The notes beneath the pieces are model-generated. The model was not told where the DNA came from and ran no database searches. It saw only the letters and a program-made list of their open reading frames with translations. From the sequence record KJ019143.1: a stretch of 64,000 bases of DNA; one strand, 5' to 3'. Shown in pieces: positions 8,997 to 18,606 of this stretch. A program made the translations under genes and the position numbers. Position 1 is the stretch's first letter, and each line of letters starts with the position of its first letter.

Positions 8997-11671
8997 TCAC
9001 ACCGAAGTCCCTACTATCATTCCTATCTGAAGCCGCTGATTCTGAGGCTGCACAACAGGCTAAGGAGATGGGTTTAACCTCTGCCGGTTATGGTAACTGG
9101 AGAGACAGGTCGGGCAATGTTGTTGCCAAAACTGTAGATGGTCAGTTGGTGATGATTGACGCCAAGGCAGACCCTATGGCTAGACCGGCGGCACCTGAGG
9201 AGGAAATGCCACCTGAAGAGGAGGAGGATCCCCAGTTTGTAGAACCAGATCCAGATATGGTTGAGAAAGTAGCTAAGGGTCTTTCTGGTGGTAGATATAA
9301 TATTGCATCAGCACAGAGGAAGAAAGAGTTACTGGCTTCTGCTAGACAGATACTAATCAATAAACAGATCCAAGACGCTCAGATGCAGGCTGACGCTGAT
9401 GCTCAGGCAGCGACACAAAACCCACCAGAACCCACTCCAGAAGAGTTAGCACAACAACAGGCAGATATGGAGTTACAGCAAAAGAATGCTGTGATGGATA
9501 CTGAACTGAAGGCACAGAGTGTTGAGAATGGGAAACTGGACCTTCAGATGAAGAAGGACCAGATGAAGCAACAGAAGGAGGCAGAGAAAGAAGCCAAGGC
9601 TATGGATAAACTAGCCAAGAAAGCAGAGGCACAGAAACAAGCAGAAGCAGAAGCCGCAGCTCCTCCACCAATGCCACAGGGTGTCGCCCCCGATGCACCA
9701 CCACTTCCTGAAGAAGAGATGGTTGTACCTGATGAACTGGATGCCCTGCTTGGAGCTATTAGGGGTGGTAATGAGAAGAAGACTAGTTCTGTTCTAGGTA
9801 AAATTCAGAAGAAAATTGGTAAGAAATCTGCTCCAAAGGCAAAAGCAAAACCCAAAAAGACACCTAAAGTTCAGACAGATCGAAGAATACCTGTTGCGGC
9901 TGTCGATAGAACAGATGTCCCGCAGTTTCAATCTGAAGCCCTAAGTCAGATGAATGCATATCTATCCGAAAATAGACAGAGAGAGGAGGATGATTACTAT
10001 AGGGGTGCAGCAATTGAGGCTGTGCGTGAGCAACACGGTGAGGCTTTCTATTACTTTGATGAACCAAATGGTGTTGTAACAGAAATCAACACCCCACAGG
10101 GTGCTGCTGACCTAATGGAGTGGTCAACTAATAGCTCTAACAAACTAATTGGTAAGTCCCTGAAACCTTTTTGGAAAGAAGTTGATAACTTCCATAACAA
10201 CTGGGCAGATCCTGAACTCCGTGACGAGAATAACTACGAACAAATCATCGAAGTTACTCGCCCAAACCGAGGAAAGATACCTGATTCTGTAGTAGATTCT
10301 GAATGGAAGAAACTAAAGAATGCAGAGAGGAAGCAACTAGCTGAAATGGGTCTAGGTGGTGCTGGTGGTCGTGCTAATATGTTTCTAAAGACCGATAAGG
10401 ATAGGGAGAAGAGGGGTAAATCTATCCTTAAGGTGTATCTAGAACAGGGCGGTCGAGATGCCTGGTTGGGTTCTTCTGACACTAACCCTATTAGTTGGAA
10501 GGATATGACTGTCGATCATGTTCATTCTGAGGGTGATGTTCAGTTCTGGCAAGCCGAATGTGTCAAGAGGGGTATGGATCCTAAGGATTATCAGGCTTTG
10601 GCTAATGATCCAGAAGTTAACTATGTTATGACTCGTTTTGGATTCAATGGAGCTCAGAAGAGGGACAACTCCATGGATAAATTATACACTGAAATGGAGA
10701 AGAAGTATTACTCTAAAGGTAAGAATGAAGTTGATAGTTTTACTAGAGGTAATGCTGAGAAGAAGATGAGGAAGCAACTTAGGGAACAAGAATATTATGC
10801 TCCCCTAGTTCAGAATCTTAAGGCGGCAGTTCAGTCTGGCAATTTTACCCCAGAAGTTTATAATGAACTATTTGATACTTATAAGAAAGGTAGGTCTGAA
10901 CTTGAGACATCTAACGGTCCTAGAACTGATCGTTCTCAGATGATTATGGGACGTAATGAATCTACCGATCCTTGGAGATCTCTTGCTGAAAGATCACTAT
11001 TTGGTTATAAGATCTTTGCTGGTGATGGTCTCCGTGCCAAGAAAGGTGGTCAGATTGCTGGTTGGTCTGGTGTCGGTGGAACTACCAGTGGTTCTAATGC
11101 GGCTGATGGTGAAGCTCCTTCATACCCCTTCGAGGATACTGCTATGGACTTCTACTTCGATCCTATTCGGAGAATGGCACTATCCAGTCCAGAGAATCAA
11201 AAAAAGGCAGATTCTATCCACAAATACACTCAGTTTATGGGTAACGCCTTTGTTACTGGTAAGATTGGATCTCAAGAATGGCACAACTATCTAACCCAGT
11301 CTTCACAGATGATGCATGAGATGCTTCCTGATGAGTGGAAAGGTGAGTATGAGGCGGAACGGGGACAGGAATACCTATCAACAATTAATAGAACTCTAAA
11401 CAAACTCAATAAGGGTCAGGATGATCTTGAGGGTGATAATTATGCGCCCGATCGTAATATCACTGAACTTTTTAAGAACTCACCACAGAAGAGTTTAGCT
11501 GATCAGGGTATTGAAATTATGAGATCTATGATGGATCCAGAGAACTTCAATGCGGTTGACTACTATGATCGTGGTAATCTTTATGAAGGTTTCGAAAATC
11601 TTGGGTTGTTATCTGGTAGAGGTGATGTTATAATGGAGAGGTTCCAAAATAAGAGAAGGAATGAAATTTGA
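8993..11671 (+). CDS. large putative virion-packaged protein with HNH-like motif
   Basis: 892 aa; N-terminal FLSEA tag shared with the 14214 protein; Q/E/A/P-rich linker; QGGRDAW...TVDHV...N...N. Confidence 0.75.
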   Translation: MITPKSLLSFLSEAADSEAAQQAKEMGLTSAGYGNWRDRSGNVVAKTVDGQLVMIDAKADPMARPAAPEEEMPPEEEEDPQFVEPDPDMVEKVAKGLSGGRYNIASAQRKKELLASARQILINKQIQDAQMQADADAQAATQNPPEPTPEELAQQQADMELQQKNAVMDTELKAQSVENGKLDLQMKKDQMKQQKEAEKEAKAMDKLAKKAEAQKQAEAEAAAPPPMPQGVAPDAPPLPEEEMVVPDELDALLGAIRGGNEKKTSSVLGKIQKKIGKKSAPKAKAKPKKTPKVQTDRRIPVAAVDRTDVPQFQSEALSQMNAYLSENRQREEDDYYRGAAIEAVREQHGEAFYYFDEPNGVVTEINTPQGAADLMEWSTNSSNKLIGKSLKPFWKEVDNFHNNWADPELRDENNYEQIIEVTRPNRGKIPDSVVDSEWKKLKNAERKQLAEMGLGGAGGRANMFLKTDKDREKRGKSILKVYLEQGGRDAWLGSSDTNPISWKDMTVDHVHSEGDVQFWQAECVKRGMDPKDYQALANDPEVNYVMTRFGFNGAQKRDNSMDKLYTEMEKKYYSKGKNEVDSFTRGNAEKKMRKQLREQEYYAPLVQNLKAAVQSGNFTPEVYNELFDTYKKGRSELETSNGPRTDRSQMIMGRNESTDPWRSLAERSLFGYKIFAGDGLRAKKGGQIAGWSGVGGTTSGSNAADGEAPSYPFEDTAMDFYFDPIRRMALSSPENQKKADSIHKYTQFMGNAFVTGKIGSQEWHNYLTQSSQMMHEMLPDEWKGEYEAERGQEYLSTINRTLNKLNKGQDDLEGDNYAPDRNITELFKNSPQKSLADQGIEIMRSMMDPENFNAVDYYDRGNLYEGFENLGLLSGRGDVIMERFQNKRRNEI

Positions 11672-12566
11672 TGTTGTTATTGGCAACCCCCCATATCAGA
11701 ATCCTGATGGTGTAAAGAACAAGAAGATCTGGTTATCTTTCTTTGATCTTGGTGTCTCCCTCCTAAAGAAGGGTGGCACTATGTGTTACATCACGCCCAC
11801 CACTCACTTCTGGAGTTTGGGTAGAAAGTGGCAAACTGGTGTGTCTGCTGATATTCTACTGAAACAGAACAACCTTCTTAGTGTAGATTTCACTACATCC
11901 AAACACTTCCCACAGGTTGGTGACTATATTTGTAACTATGTTCTACGCAAAGAACCTCCCAGTGGTATGGTAGAGGTTATTGAGAAAGATGGGACAGAAG
12001 TTCTACGCCCACACAATGATGTCTATGATTGTGATGAGGAGAGACAAAAGGCAAAGTTCTTCTCTGCTATGAGAGAACTACGAGAGAAGTATGGGAAGTA
12101 TCATATTCCCCACGACACAAGAGATAAGAGTCATTATAGTCAGACACAGGAGGGCGTGTATCAGCATCCTACTTATATTTCGGCAGCAAAACAGATATGG
12201 TATGCTGACAGTCCTACACTAGGGACTGATACACTGAAGATTATTATGAATATGTCTTCCTACTTCTGGAATATCAATGATACTCAGAAGTATATGAGGA
12301 TTGATTCAGGTCCTGGTGTTGGGTTATTGGGAAGAATGTTGGCAATTGATAGTGTGAAGGATGGTGAGAAGATAGTTGAGTACCTAACTTCACCACTAGT
12401 GAAGTTCTACATTGACTGTATGAAGAGGACATCCCCATGGAACCACGCGATGTATCAGTTACCAAAGTGTCACCATATGACAGAGAGTGAGATCCTAGAT
12501 GAGATGGGTTGGACTAGAGACCAGTTTGAAGAAATGTATCCAGAACGTCTGGAAACCAAAGTATAG
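11661..12566 (+). CDS. partial Eco57I/TaqI-like N6-adenine methyltransferase (motif IV plus TRD-like part)
   Basis: Begins FDVVIGNPPYQ...LLKKGGTMCYITP; in-frame stop at 11631 rules out an N-terminal extension. Confidence 0.75.
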   Translation: MKFDVVIGNPPYQNPDGVKNKKIWLSFFDLGVSLLKKGGTMCYITPTTHFWSLGRKWQTGVSADILLKQNNLLSVDFTTSKHFPQVGDYICNYVLRKEPPSGMVEVIEKDGTEVLRPHNDVYDCDEERQKAKFFSAMRELREKYGKYHIPHDTRDKSHYSQTQEGVYQHPTYISAAKQIWYADSPTLGTDTLKIIMNMSSYFWNINDTQKYMRIDSGPGVGLLGRMLAIDSVKDGEKIVEYLTSPLVKFYIDCMKRTSPWNHAMYQLPKCHHMTESEILDEMGWTRDQFEEMYPERLETKV

Positions 12567-12595
12567 TTGACAAGGGACCCCAGGTGTGTTATACT
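12567..12595 (+). promoter_or_regulatory. sigma70-type early promoter
   Basis: TTGACA, 17 bp, TATACT, with TGTG extension. Confidence 0.85.
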
Positions 12596-12620
12596 ATCTG
12601 GGTAGGTTAGGTTATTCTGT

Positions 12621-13502
12621 ATGGTGAAACCCCTGTTTAAGTGGACTGGTGGAAAGGGGCGACTATTCCAGAAGTATCAAGATCTAAACTTCTTCCCAGA
12701 GGCAGACAGGTTCGACACATTTGTTGACCTGTTTTTTGGTGCTGGGTCAGTCACCCTTTGGGTTGCGGAGAAGTATCCAGATAAGAAACTCATTATTAAT
12801 GATAAGAACACGGAACTTATGGGGTTATATACCCAAATACGTGATAACTGGGGTGAGTTTAGTGAGCACTATAAGAGAGTGTATAACGTATTCCTAGACA
12901 CCCCAATAGAGAAAAGAAAGGCACTCTATAACTGTTATAAGAAGAGATATGCATGGAACTATAAGTGGTTGTCAGAAGCAGAGATTGCGGCAAACCTCTT
13001 GGTTATGATGAAGATTAACTTCAATGGTATTTGGTTAGCGTATAAGATGTATGGTCGTAGGTATTCTACGGCACCAGGGAAGATTGATTATAAAGAAAGT
13101 ATCTTTGGTATGGAGAATGTGGAACAGTTCCGTCAAGTCCTACTACGGGCAACACTCTACAATAGATCCTTTGAGGATGTTCCTATTCCTGATAACTCCT
13201 GGGTATTTGCTGATCCACCATACAGAGACACCAGAGATATGTATTCCGATACATTCACCGATGAACTTCAGTCTAAACTGGCAAAGTTCATAGTTTCTAC
13301 AGACGGACTATACTGTGAGTCTAATAAAGAAACTGGTGATGGTTTCTGGGGAGAACACTTCCCTATGGAGAACATCCACTTCACAGATCACAAATACACT
13401 TGTGGTTATGGGGGATCCATTAACCCAGTCACTGAAGTTCTTATAAAGAACTATGGGAATAATATCCCACAACCAACTACCCTTGATTCCTTTTTTAACT
13501 GA
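12621..13502 (+). CDS. DNA adenine methyltransferase (Dam/D12 class)
   Basis: FKWTGGK, DLFFGAGS, INDKN, FADPPY. Confidence 0.9.
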   Translation: MVKPLFKWTGGKGRLFQKYQDLNFFPEADRFDTFVDLFFGAGSVTLWVAEKYPDKKLIINDKNTELMGLYTQIRDNWGEFSEHYKRVYNVFLDTPIEKRKALYNCYKKRYAWNYKWLSEAEIAANLLVMMKINFNGIWLAYKMYGRRYSTAPGKIDYKESIFGMENVEQFRQVLLRATLYNRSFEDVPIPDNSWVFADPPYRDTRDMYSDTFTDELQSKLAKFIVSTDGLYCESNKETGDGFWGEHFPMENIHFTDHKYTCGYGGSINPVTEVLIKNYGNNIPQPTTLDSFFN

Positions 13503-13504
13503 TT

Positions 13505-14197
13505 ATGCAAAAGAAAAACCGTATCTCCCACGAAGAAGAAATTAAACTATGTCGTCAGGCACAACTACAAGATCATACATCCAAGTATGCTATGACTAAA
13601 ATGGTTAGTGCTAATATTGGGTTGGTTGAGAAACTCGCTAACAAACTCTACATCAAGAATGATCAATACTCTTTCGATGATCTATACCAGGAGGGTGTAT
13701 TTGGTCTTATCAGAGGTGTGAATAAGTTTGATCCTAGTGTTGGTTGTAGGTTCTCCACATATTCATACTACTGGATCTATAGTTATATCATGAGGTATTG
13801 TGAGAATAACCTAGGTAAGATCCGTATTCCCACTCACCTCCGTGAGAAGATGAGGAAACAGAAAGATAATAAGGTAGAGTTGGACAGACTAAAGTCCAAA
13901 GTCCCGTCAGTAGTATCATTAAATACAATAGTGGGTGAATCACTATCCTTGGATAATGTAGTTACATACACCGAGAATATCTCATTTGATGATGAGATGG
14001 AACATGTTTTGGTTGTTATGGATGAGGTTTTGGATGAAAGAGAACATCAGGTTCTCTGTAGTAGGTTTGGTATTGGTGGTGAGAAACCTCTATCACAAAG
14101 AGAGTGTGCCAAACTACACAATGTTACCCATGGTGCTATCTACTTGATTGAGAAGAAATCAATCAGGAAAATCAAACACCATATGGGTTATAAATAA
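13505..14197 (+). CDS. sigma70-family RNA polymerase sigma factor (short)
   Basis: Region 2 DLYQEGVFGLIRGVNKFDP...RFSTYSYYWI; region 4 HTH LDEREHQVL..RFG...SQRECAK. Confidence 0.9.
   Translation: MQKKNRISHEEEIKLCRQAQLQDHTSKYAMTKMVSANIGLVEKLANKLYIKNDQYSFDDLYQEGVFGLIRGVNKFDPSVGCRFSTYSYYWIYSYIMRYCENNLGKIRIPTHLREKMRKQKDNKVELDRLKSKVPSVVSLNTIVGESLSLDNVVTYTENISFDDEMEHVLVVMDEVLDEREHQVLCSRFGIGGEKPLSQRECAKLHNVTHGAIYLIEKKSIRKIKHHMGYK
14189..14196 (+). promoter_or_regulatory. T4-type late promoter
   Basis: TATAAATA. Confidence 0.8.
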
Positions 14198-14213
14198 TAC
14201 TATAGTAGATTCT

Positions 14214-15428
14214 ATGGCGATGAGATCGTTTCTAACATTCCTAACCGAAGCCCGTTCTCGTGCATCTAAAAGAGCCAAAGAGTTGGGACTCACTGGCAAT
14301 GGTCACGGTGGATGGGAAGATAACGAAGGTAACCTAGTCGCCATGACGGTGAAGGGTGATCTGGAGTTTGTGAAGGGAAGAGAACCCAAAGAGGAAGAAG
14401 AACCCGATGAAAAGACTTCTGCCCCTGAAGAGGAACCAACATCCAACAAAGCGCCTGGGGTAGATCCAGAGAACACAGATACTCCAAGACAGAAAGAACC
14501 AGCGCCTGTTCCCAAAGATAAGGGTATTCTAACTGTTGCTTTCGGTAGGTTTAACCCTCCTACGATTGGACATGAGAAACTAATCAATACTGTAGCATCA
14601 TATTCAGAGAACGGTGATTACATAATCATTCCCTCTAGGAGTGAGGATAAGAAGAAGAACCCTTTAGATATCGACACTAAAGTTAGTATCATGAGGCAGA
14701 TGTATCCAACACACGCCGAGAAGATTGTTAACGATCCACATAATAGAACCATCTTTGATGTTATGCGTAAGGCGCATAATGATGGTTACGCTGGTATTAG
14801 GATTGTTGGTGGTGGAGATAGAGTTAAGGAATATGAGAAGTTAGCCAACGCATATAACGGATCTACCTATCAGTTTGATGAAATTGATGTAGTAAACGCT
14901 GGCGACAGGGATCCAGATGCGGAAGGTGCGGAAGGTATGTCTGCCTCCAAGATGAGAAAGGCGGCAGCTGATAACGACTTTGCTTCTTTCAGAAAGGGAA
15001 TGCCAAAGACCCTCAGTAACGACCAGATGGTTTCCATCTACACTCAGGTTCAGAAGTCTATGGGTGTAACACCTAAGGAAGCTGTCATTGAAAACTGGAA
15101 AGTTGCTCCTAGACTGTATCCACAGGAACTGAGAGAGGCTTATATCCAAAACGAAATCTATAATATTGGTGATACTGTCAGTCATGACACCACTGGTATG
15201 GTAGGTAAGATCGTAAGAAAGGGAACCAATCACCTCATTTGTGTAACAGAAAGTGAGGAAATGTTCAAGACCTGGACACAGGATGTTAGTCCCGCAGATC
15301 TAAAACCACAACCAGCAATCTCTACTCCAAAGGAGAGGGAAGTTGGAACAGATTCCCTTAGATCTTTCCTTCAGAGGATCACTCCAGGAGAGAAAGAGCA
15401 ATCCTTTATAAATAAACATAAGAAATAA
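14214..15428 (+). CDS. cytidyltransferase-like (HIGH-family) nucleotidyltransferase with N-terminal tag
   Basis: AFGRFNPPTIGHEKL, KKNPL, MSASKMR; start placed at ATG 14214 (or 14220) downstream of the late promoter. Confidence 0.88.
   Translation: MAMRSFLTFLTEARSRASKRAKELGLTGNGHGGWEDNEGNLVAMTVKGDLEFVKGREPKEEEEPDEKTSAPEEEPTSNKAPGVDPENTDTPRQKEPAPVPKDKGILTVAFGRFNPPTIGHEKLINTVASYSENGDYIIIPSRSEDKKKNPLDIDTKVSIMRQMYPTHAEKIVNDPHNRTIFDVMRKAHNDGYAGIRIVGGGDRVKEYEKLANAYNGSTYQFDEIDVVNAGDRDPDAEGAEGMSASKMRKAAADNDFASFRKGMPKTLSNDQMVSIYTQVQKSMGVTPKEAVIENWKVAPRLYPQELREAYIQNEIYNIGDTVSHDTTGMVGKIVRKGTNHLICVTESEEMFKTWTQDVSPADLKPQPAISTPKEREVGTDSLRSFLQRITPGEKEQSFINKHKK
15407..15414 (+). promoter_or_regulatory. T4-type late promoter
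   Basis: TATAAATA. Confidence 0.8.
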
Positions 15429-15447
15429 GACAGTTCCTTTTTAGAAG

Positions 15448-16944
15448 ATGGATTTCAACGTAACCGAAGCTGTCGAGCTAATCGTATTGTTAGCCGAGAC
15501 AGAACAGCTAACACTACAAGATGCTCTACAGGAGTTCCTATCAGAGACCGAATTGGACTCTGAAACGGCATCCCATCTAAAGGGTGCCCTCTTTGAGAAA
15601 TATTCACTCAGAGAGATGGCTACTGACGCCGTAACAAACGCTATGATGAAAGTGTTTGTTAGTCGTCCAGTAGTAGAGGAGGAAGTGGAAACTCCTGATG
15701 GTAATCTCTATTTTGTAGAGGTTGAACTAGAGGAGGAAGTTCTAGAAGGTTATCTAACCCTAGAAGAAATCCAGAATATGAGAGTGGATGCTGATGTTCT
15801 ATCCGTCAAGTTAGTTGATGAGGGTGTTCGTGACACTGACGCCGAGAAAGGAACAGAGGAAAGAAAGAAACGCCTTGAGAAGAAGCGTGGAATGAAGTTG
15901 GACGACCATCCTCAGTATCTGGAAACAGATATGAAGAAGCGTCAGGAGAATAACGAGAAGGCTCGTAAGGATATGGATAAAGTGAAGGGTCAGAAGAACC
16001 CCCACTTCGAAGAGTATGATATTTCTGAAGGTCGCAAAGAAGGTGAGTCTTCTAAAGATTACGCCGATAGAATGACTAAGAAGTATTCTGGTGGTAAGTC
16101 TAAGTCCTATGATCCCATGAAGGATAAGAACTTCGACCATGACAAGGCAGAAAGAACCCGTGGTTCTATGGAAGAAGGTCTAGATGCCGTAGGTGGCGAA
16201 GACGCTGACATTAATAACGATAATAAGGTTGATAAGACTGATAAGTATCTACACAATCGTCGTAAGGCTATCGGCAAGGCGATGAAGAAAGAGTCAGCTT
16301 GGGCTGAGTATCTAAATCGTAGAGGAATCTCTGAGGAAGTATTCTCTGAAGGTGACCTAATCGACGCAGGTCGTAAGAATGAGGGAGAAAGAAGGGGAAA
16401 AAAGATTACCGGGGAGGGTGTTGATAACTCCTCCTCTGTGAAGTTGATGCCCCGTATCGCTGAAGCCGCTATCATCACTGAGAAGTCAGAGAGTAAGTCA
16501 CAACAGCGTCTCTTTGGTATGGTAAGAGCAGCTCAGAAGGGTGAGAAACCCGCCTCTGGTAAGGTTGCTGAACTAGCTTCTAAGGTTGGTAAGAAAGACG
16601 TTCTAGACTTCGCTAAGACAAAACACAAGGGTTTGAAAGAGAACTGTTGTGATAAGTGTGGCACTCCTGATTGTACTTGTGATGAGAAGCCCAAGGCTAA
16701 GAAAAAGAAAGCTAAACTAGATGAAGCAGGGATGCCTATTCTAGAGTATTCTAGAAACAACGCTGAAGGTCCTACACCTGAAATGATTGATCCTCCAAAG
16801 GATGAAGAAGGTAAGAAGGGTGTAAAGAACCCTAAAGGTAAGGCTAAGAGACCTGGTGCAGGTGACAGAAGACCTAACGACGGTGGTTCCGAACTACCAT
16901 TCGATATGGGAACCGTACCTGGTGGCGGCGGTTGTGGTTGCTAA
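15448..16944 (+). CDS. charged modular hypothetical late protein (probable head/internal protein)
   Basis: 498 aa E/K-rich; DADINNDNKVDKTDKYL EF-hand/dockerin-like motif; many LxE motifs; late promoter. Confidence 0.75.
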   Translation: MDFNVTEAVELIVLLAETEQLTLQDALQEFLSETELDSETASHLKGALFEKYSLREMATDAVTNAMMKVFVSRPVVEEEVETPDGNLYFVEVELEEEVLEGYLTLEEIQNMRVDADVLSVKLVDEGVRDTDAEKGTEERKKRLEKKRGMKLDDHPQYLETDMKKRQENNEKARKDMDKVKGQKNPHFEEYDISEGRKEGESSKDYADRMTKKYSGGKSKSYDPMKDKNFDHDKAERTRGSMEEGLDAVGGEDADINNDNKVDKTDKYLHNRRKAIGKAMKKESAWAEYLNRRGISEEVFSEGDLIDAGRKNEGERRGKKITGEGVDNSSSVKLMPRIAEAAIITEKSESKSQQRLFGMVRAAQKGEKPASGKVAELASKVGKKDVLDFAKTKHKGLKENCCDKCGTPDCTCDEKPKAKKKKAKLDEAGMPILEYSRNNAEGPTPEMIDPPKDEEGKKGVKNPKGKAKRPGAGDRRPNDGGSELPFDMGTVPGGGGCGC

Positions 16945-16970
16945 ATAGTGATGTAGTTTTTAGGTATTAC

Positions 16971-17147
16971 ATGTCAAAAGTAGTGAGTCTACTCAAGCCA
17001 GCACTTCTCTGGTTACGTGATTCTACCGAAGTGAAGAAGTTAGTAATTGAACTCCTCCAGCGTTACGCTGAGAGTACGAAGACTGATGTTGATGATTTAC
17101 TCGTCGCCACAGTCAGTAAAGCACTCCTCCCCGAAGGAGTTGAGTGA
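16971..17147 (+). CDS. small conserved hypothetical protein
   Basis: MSKVVSLLKP...KKLVIELLQRYAESTKTDVDD. Confidence 0.7.
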   Translation: MSKVVSLLKPALLWLRDSTEVKKLVIELLQRYAESTKTDVDDLLVATVSKALLPEGVE

Positions 17148-17320
17148 TGGAGTGTTTGTTAGTATCCCATACTACGTTTTGGGTACTAACAGGCGCGTTA
17201 CTTCTTTCTGAAGCTATCGGTGAAACCAAATGGATTAAATCCAATGGAATTTTGTCATTCATCTTTGAACTTTTAGAGCATCTAGCTCGTATAGTCCGAA
17301 AGGCACTATATCAACGTTAA
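17147..17320 (+). CDS. small membrane protein (57 aa)
   Basis: Hand-translated, TGATG overlap; hydrophobic segments FWVLTGALLLSEAIG and GILSFIFELL. Confidence 0.6.
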   Translation: MECLLVSHTTFWVLTGALLLSEAIGETKWIKSNGILSFIFELLEHLARIVRKALYQR

Positions 17321-17356
17321 CCTAGAGGGTATTCAAAACCTTCTAGGTTTTTTCTG

Positions 17357-17364
17357 TATAAATA
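17357..17364 (+). promoter_or_regulatory. T4-type late promoter
   Basis: TATAAATA. Confidence 0.8.
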
Positions 17365-17399
17365 AAACTACCGGATATTCACACTAAAGGAATCAACAA

Positions 17400-18206
17400 A
17401 TGGCACTCTGGGGAAACAAAGACAATTTACAAGGTCCAACTCCAGTTACTATTGTCGGCACAGCAACCTCCGAGTTTTGGACTGCTGCCGCAACTGGAAT
17501 TGGCACCATCGCAACAGGAACCACTATCGTATTGGGAGACGGTGGTTCAGCAGGTTTTGCAGTCATCGAAGCAAGTCTAGGGGCAGACCTAGTAAAGGTT
17601 AACCACCTATCAGCACTTGCTGGAGCTAACGCGGCTGTATATTCACTACAACCCATCTCACTCAAGAACGATCCTGGTTATGCTCCTACTTCAGCCGATG
17701 GCTCACTAGGACGTACTCAGAGACCAGTTGGTTTGAGTTCTGCAAACATGACAGCATCAGCTGGAACTGTGTGGGAAGCTGATCACAGTGGTTGGGTTGG
17801 AGTTACAACCTACATGGACAACTCAGCAACACCTCCAGTGATGCGTGTTAAGAAGGAAGTTCTAGTCGCTATGTCTGGTATTCAGACTGGTGGACGTGAG
17901 TATCCTGGTATGTTCAGTAACGCAGCTGCCGCAGTTGTTATTGGTGCAGCATCCGTAAGTGGTTCTGCCACACCTGTAGCACTCACACCATCAGCATATA
18001 CAGTATCTACTGCTTCAGCAACCGCTGGTGACCTAACCTATGTTTGGTCTACTAACGATGGTTCTGCTACAATTACTGGTGGCACTACAACTACCGCTAA
18101 CATTGGATTCAGTACAGCTGGTAGCTACAACGTTACTTGTACAGTTTCTTCTGCAACTGCCTCTGATTCACCATCAGCAGACACACTTGCAGTAGTCGCT
18201 AGCTGA
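17400..18206 (+). CDS. virion structural protein with C-terminal Ig/PKD-like domain
   Basis: MALWGNKD start, GWVGVTTY...RVKKEVLVAMS, then LTYVWS...GSYNVTCTVS; late promoter and AAGGA RBS. Confidence 0.75.
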   Translation: MALWGNKDNLQGPTPVTIVGTATSEFWTAAATGIGTIATGTTIVLGDGGSAGFAVIEASLGADLVKVNHLSALAGANAAVYSLQPISLKNDPGYAPTSADGSLGRTQRPVGLSSANMTASAGTVWEADHSGWVGVTTYMDNSATPPVMRVKKEVLVAMSGIQTGGREYPGMFSNAAAAVVIGAASVSGSATPVALTPSAYTVSTASATAGDLTYVWSTNDGSATITGGTTTTANIGFSTAGSYNVTCTVSSATASDSPSADTLAVVAS

Positions 18207-18222
18207 TAACCAAGAGTAAGAG

Positions 18223-18606
18223 ATGAGATTTGACGAACTAAATGATGATAATTATCTCTTGTTTGCTATCAAGTTTTACGAGAATCCTCACGCGGTAACC
18301 CGTGATGATTTTGAGGATGATCTTAAGAAGATTAAGTATGTTAAACGTCTATTGAGACGTTATAGGAATATGGGTGTGTTAAAAACGCACCTCATACTTA
18401 ATCACTTGATTGTATTATTTAATGTATTCGGGGATGCTGCCGTTCCCCTCCTGTTCTATAACATAGAAAAGGACCTATGGCCAGCACTGAAGGGGTTCCT
18501 TGTGTTTATGCACAAACTTCCTGAGTTTCCTAGGACACTTATGGATGAGGTTCCCTTAGACGAATATTGCCTAGAACAACTGGAGAACATAGATGAGTCA
18601 TCCTAA
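18223..18606 (+). CDS. conserved T4-like hypothetical protein (upstream of primase)
   Basis: FAIKFYENP...FEDDLKKIKYVKRLL...LILNHLIVLFNVFG. Confidence 0.8.
   Translation: MRFDELNDDNYLLFAIKFYENPHAVTRDDFEDDLKKIKYVKRLLRRYRNMGVLKTHLILNHLIVLFNVFGDAAVPLLFYNIEKDLWPALKGFLVFMHKLPEFPRTLMDEVPLDEYCLEQLENIDESS

Noticed and set aside
17147-17320. Holin call for the 57-aa membrane protein
   Set aside because: Only a vague resemblance and far from the lysin genes; not supportable without a search.
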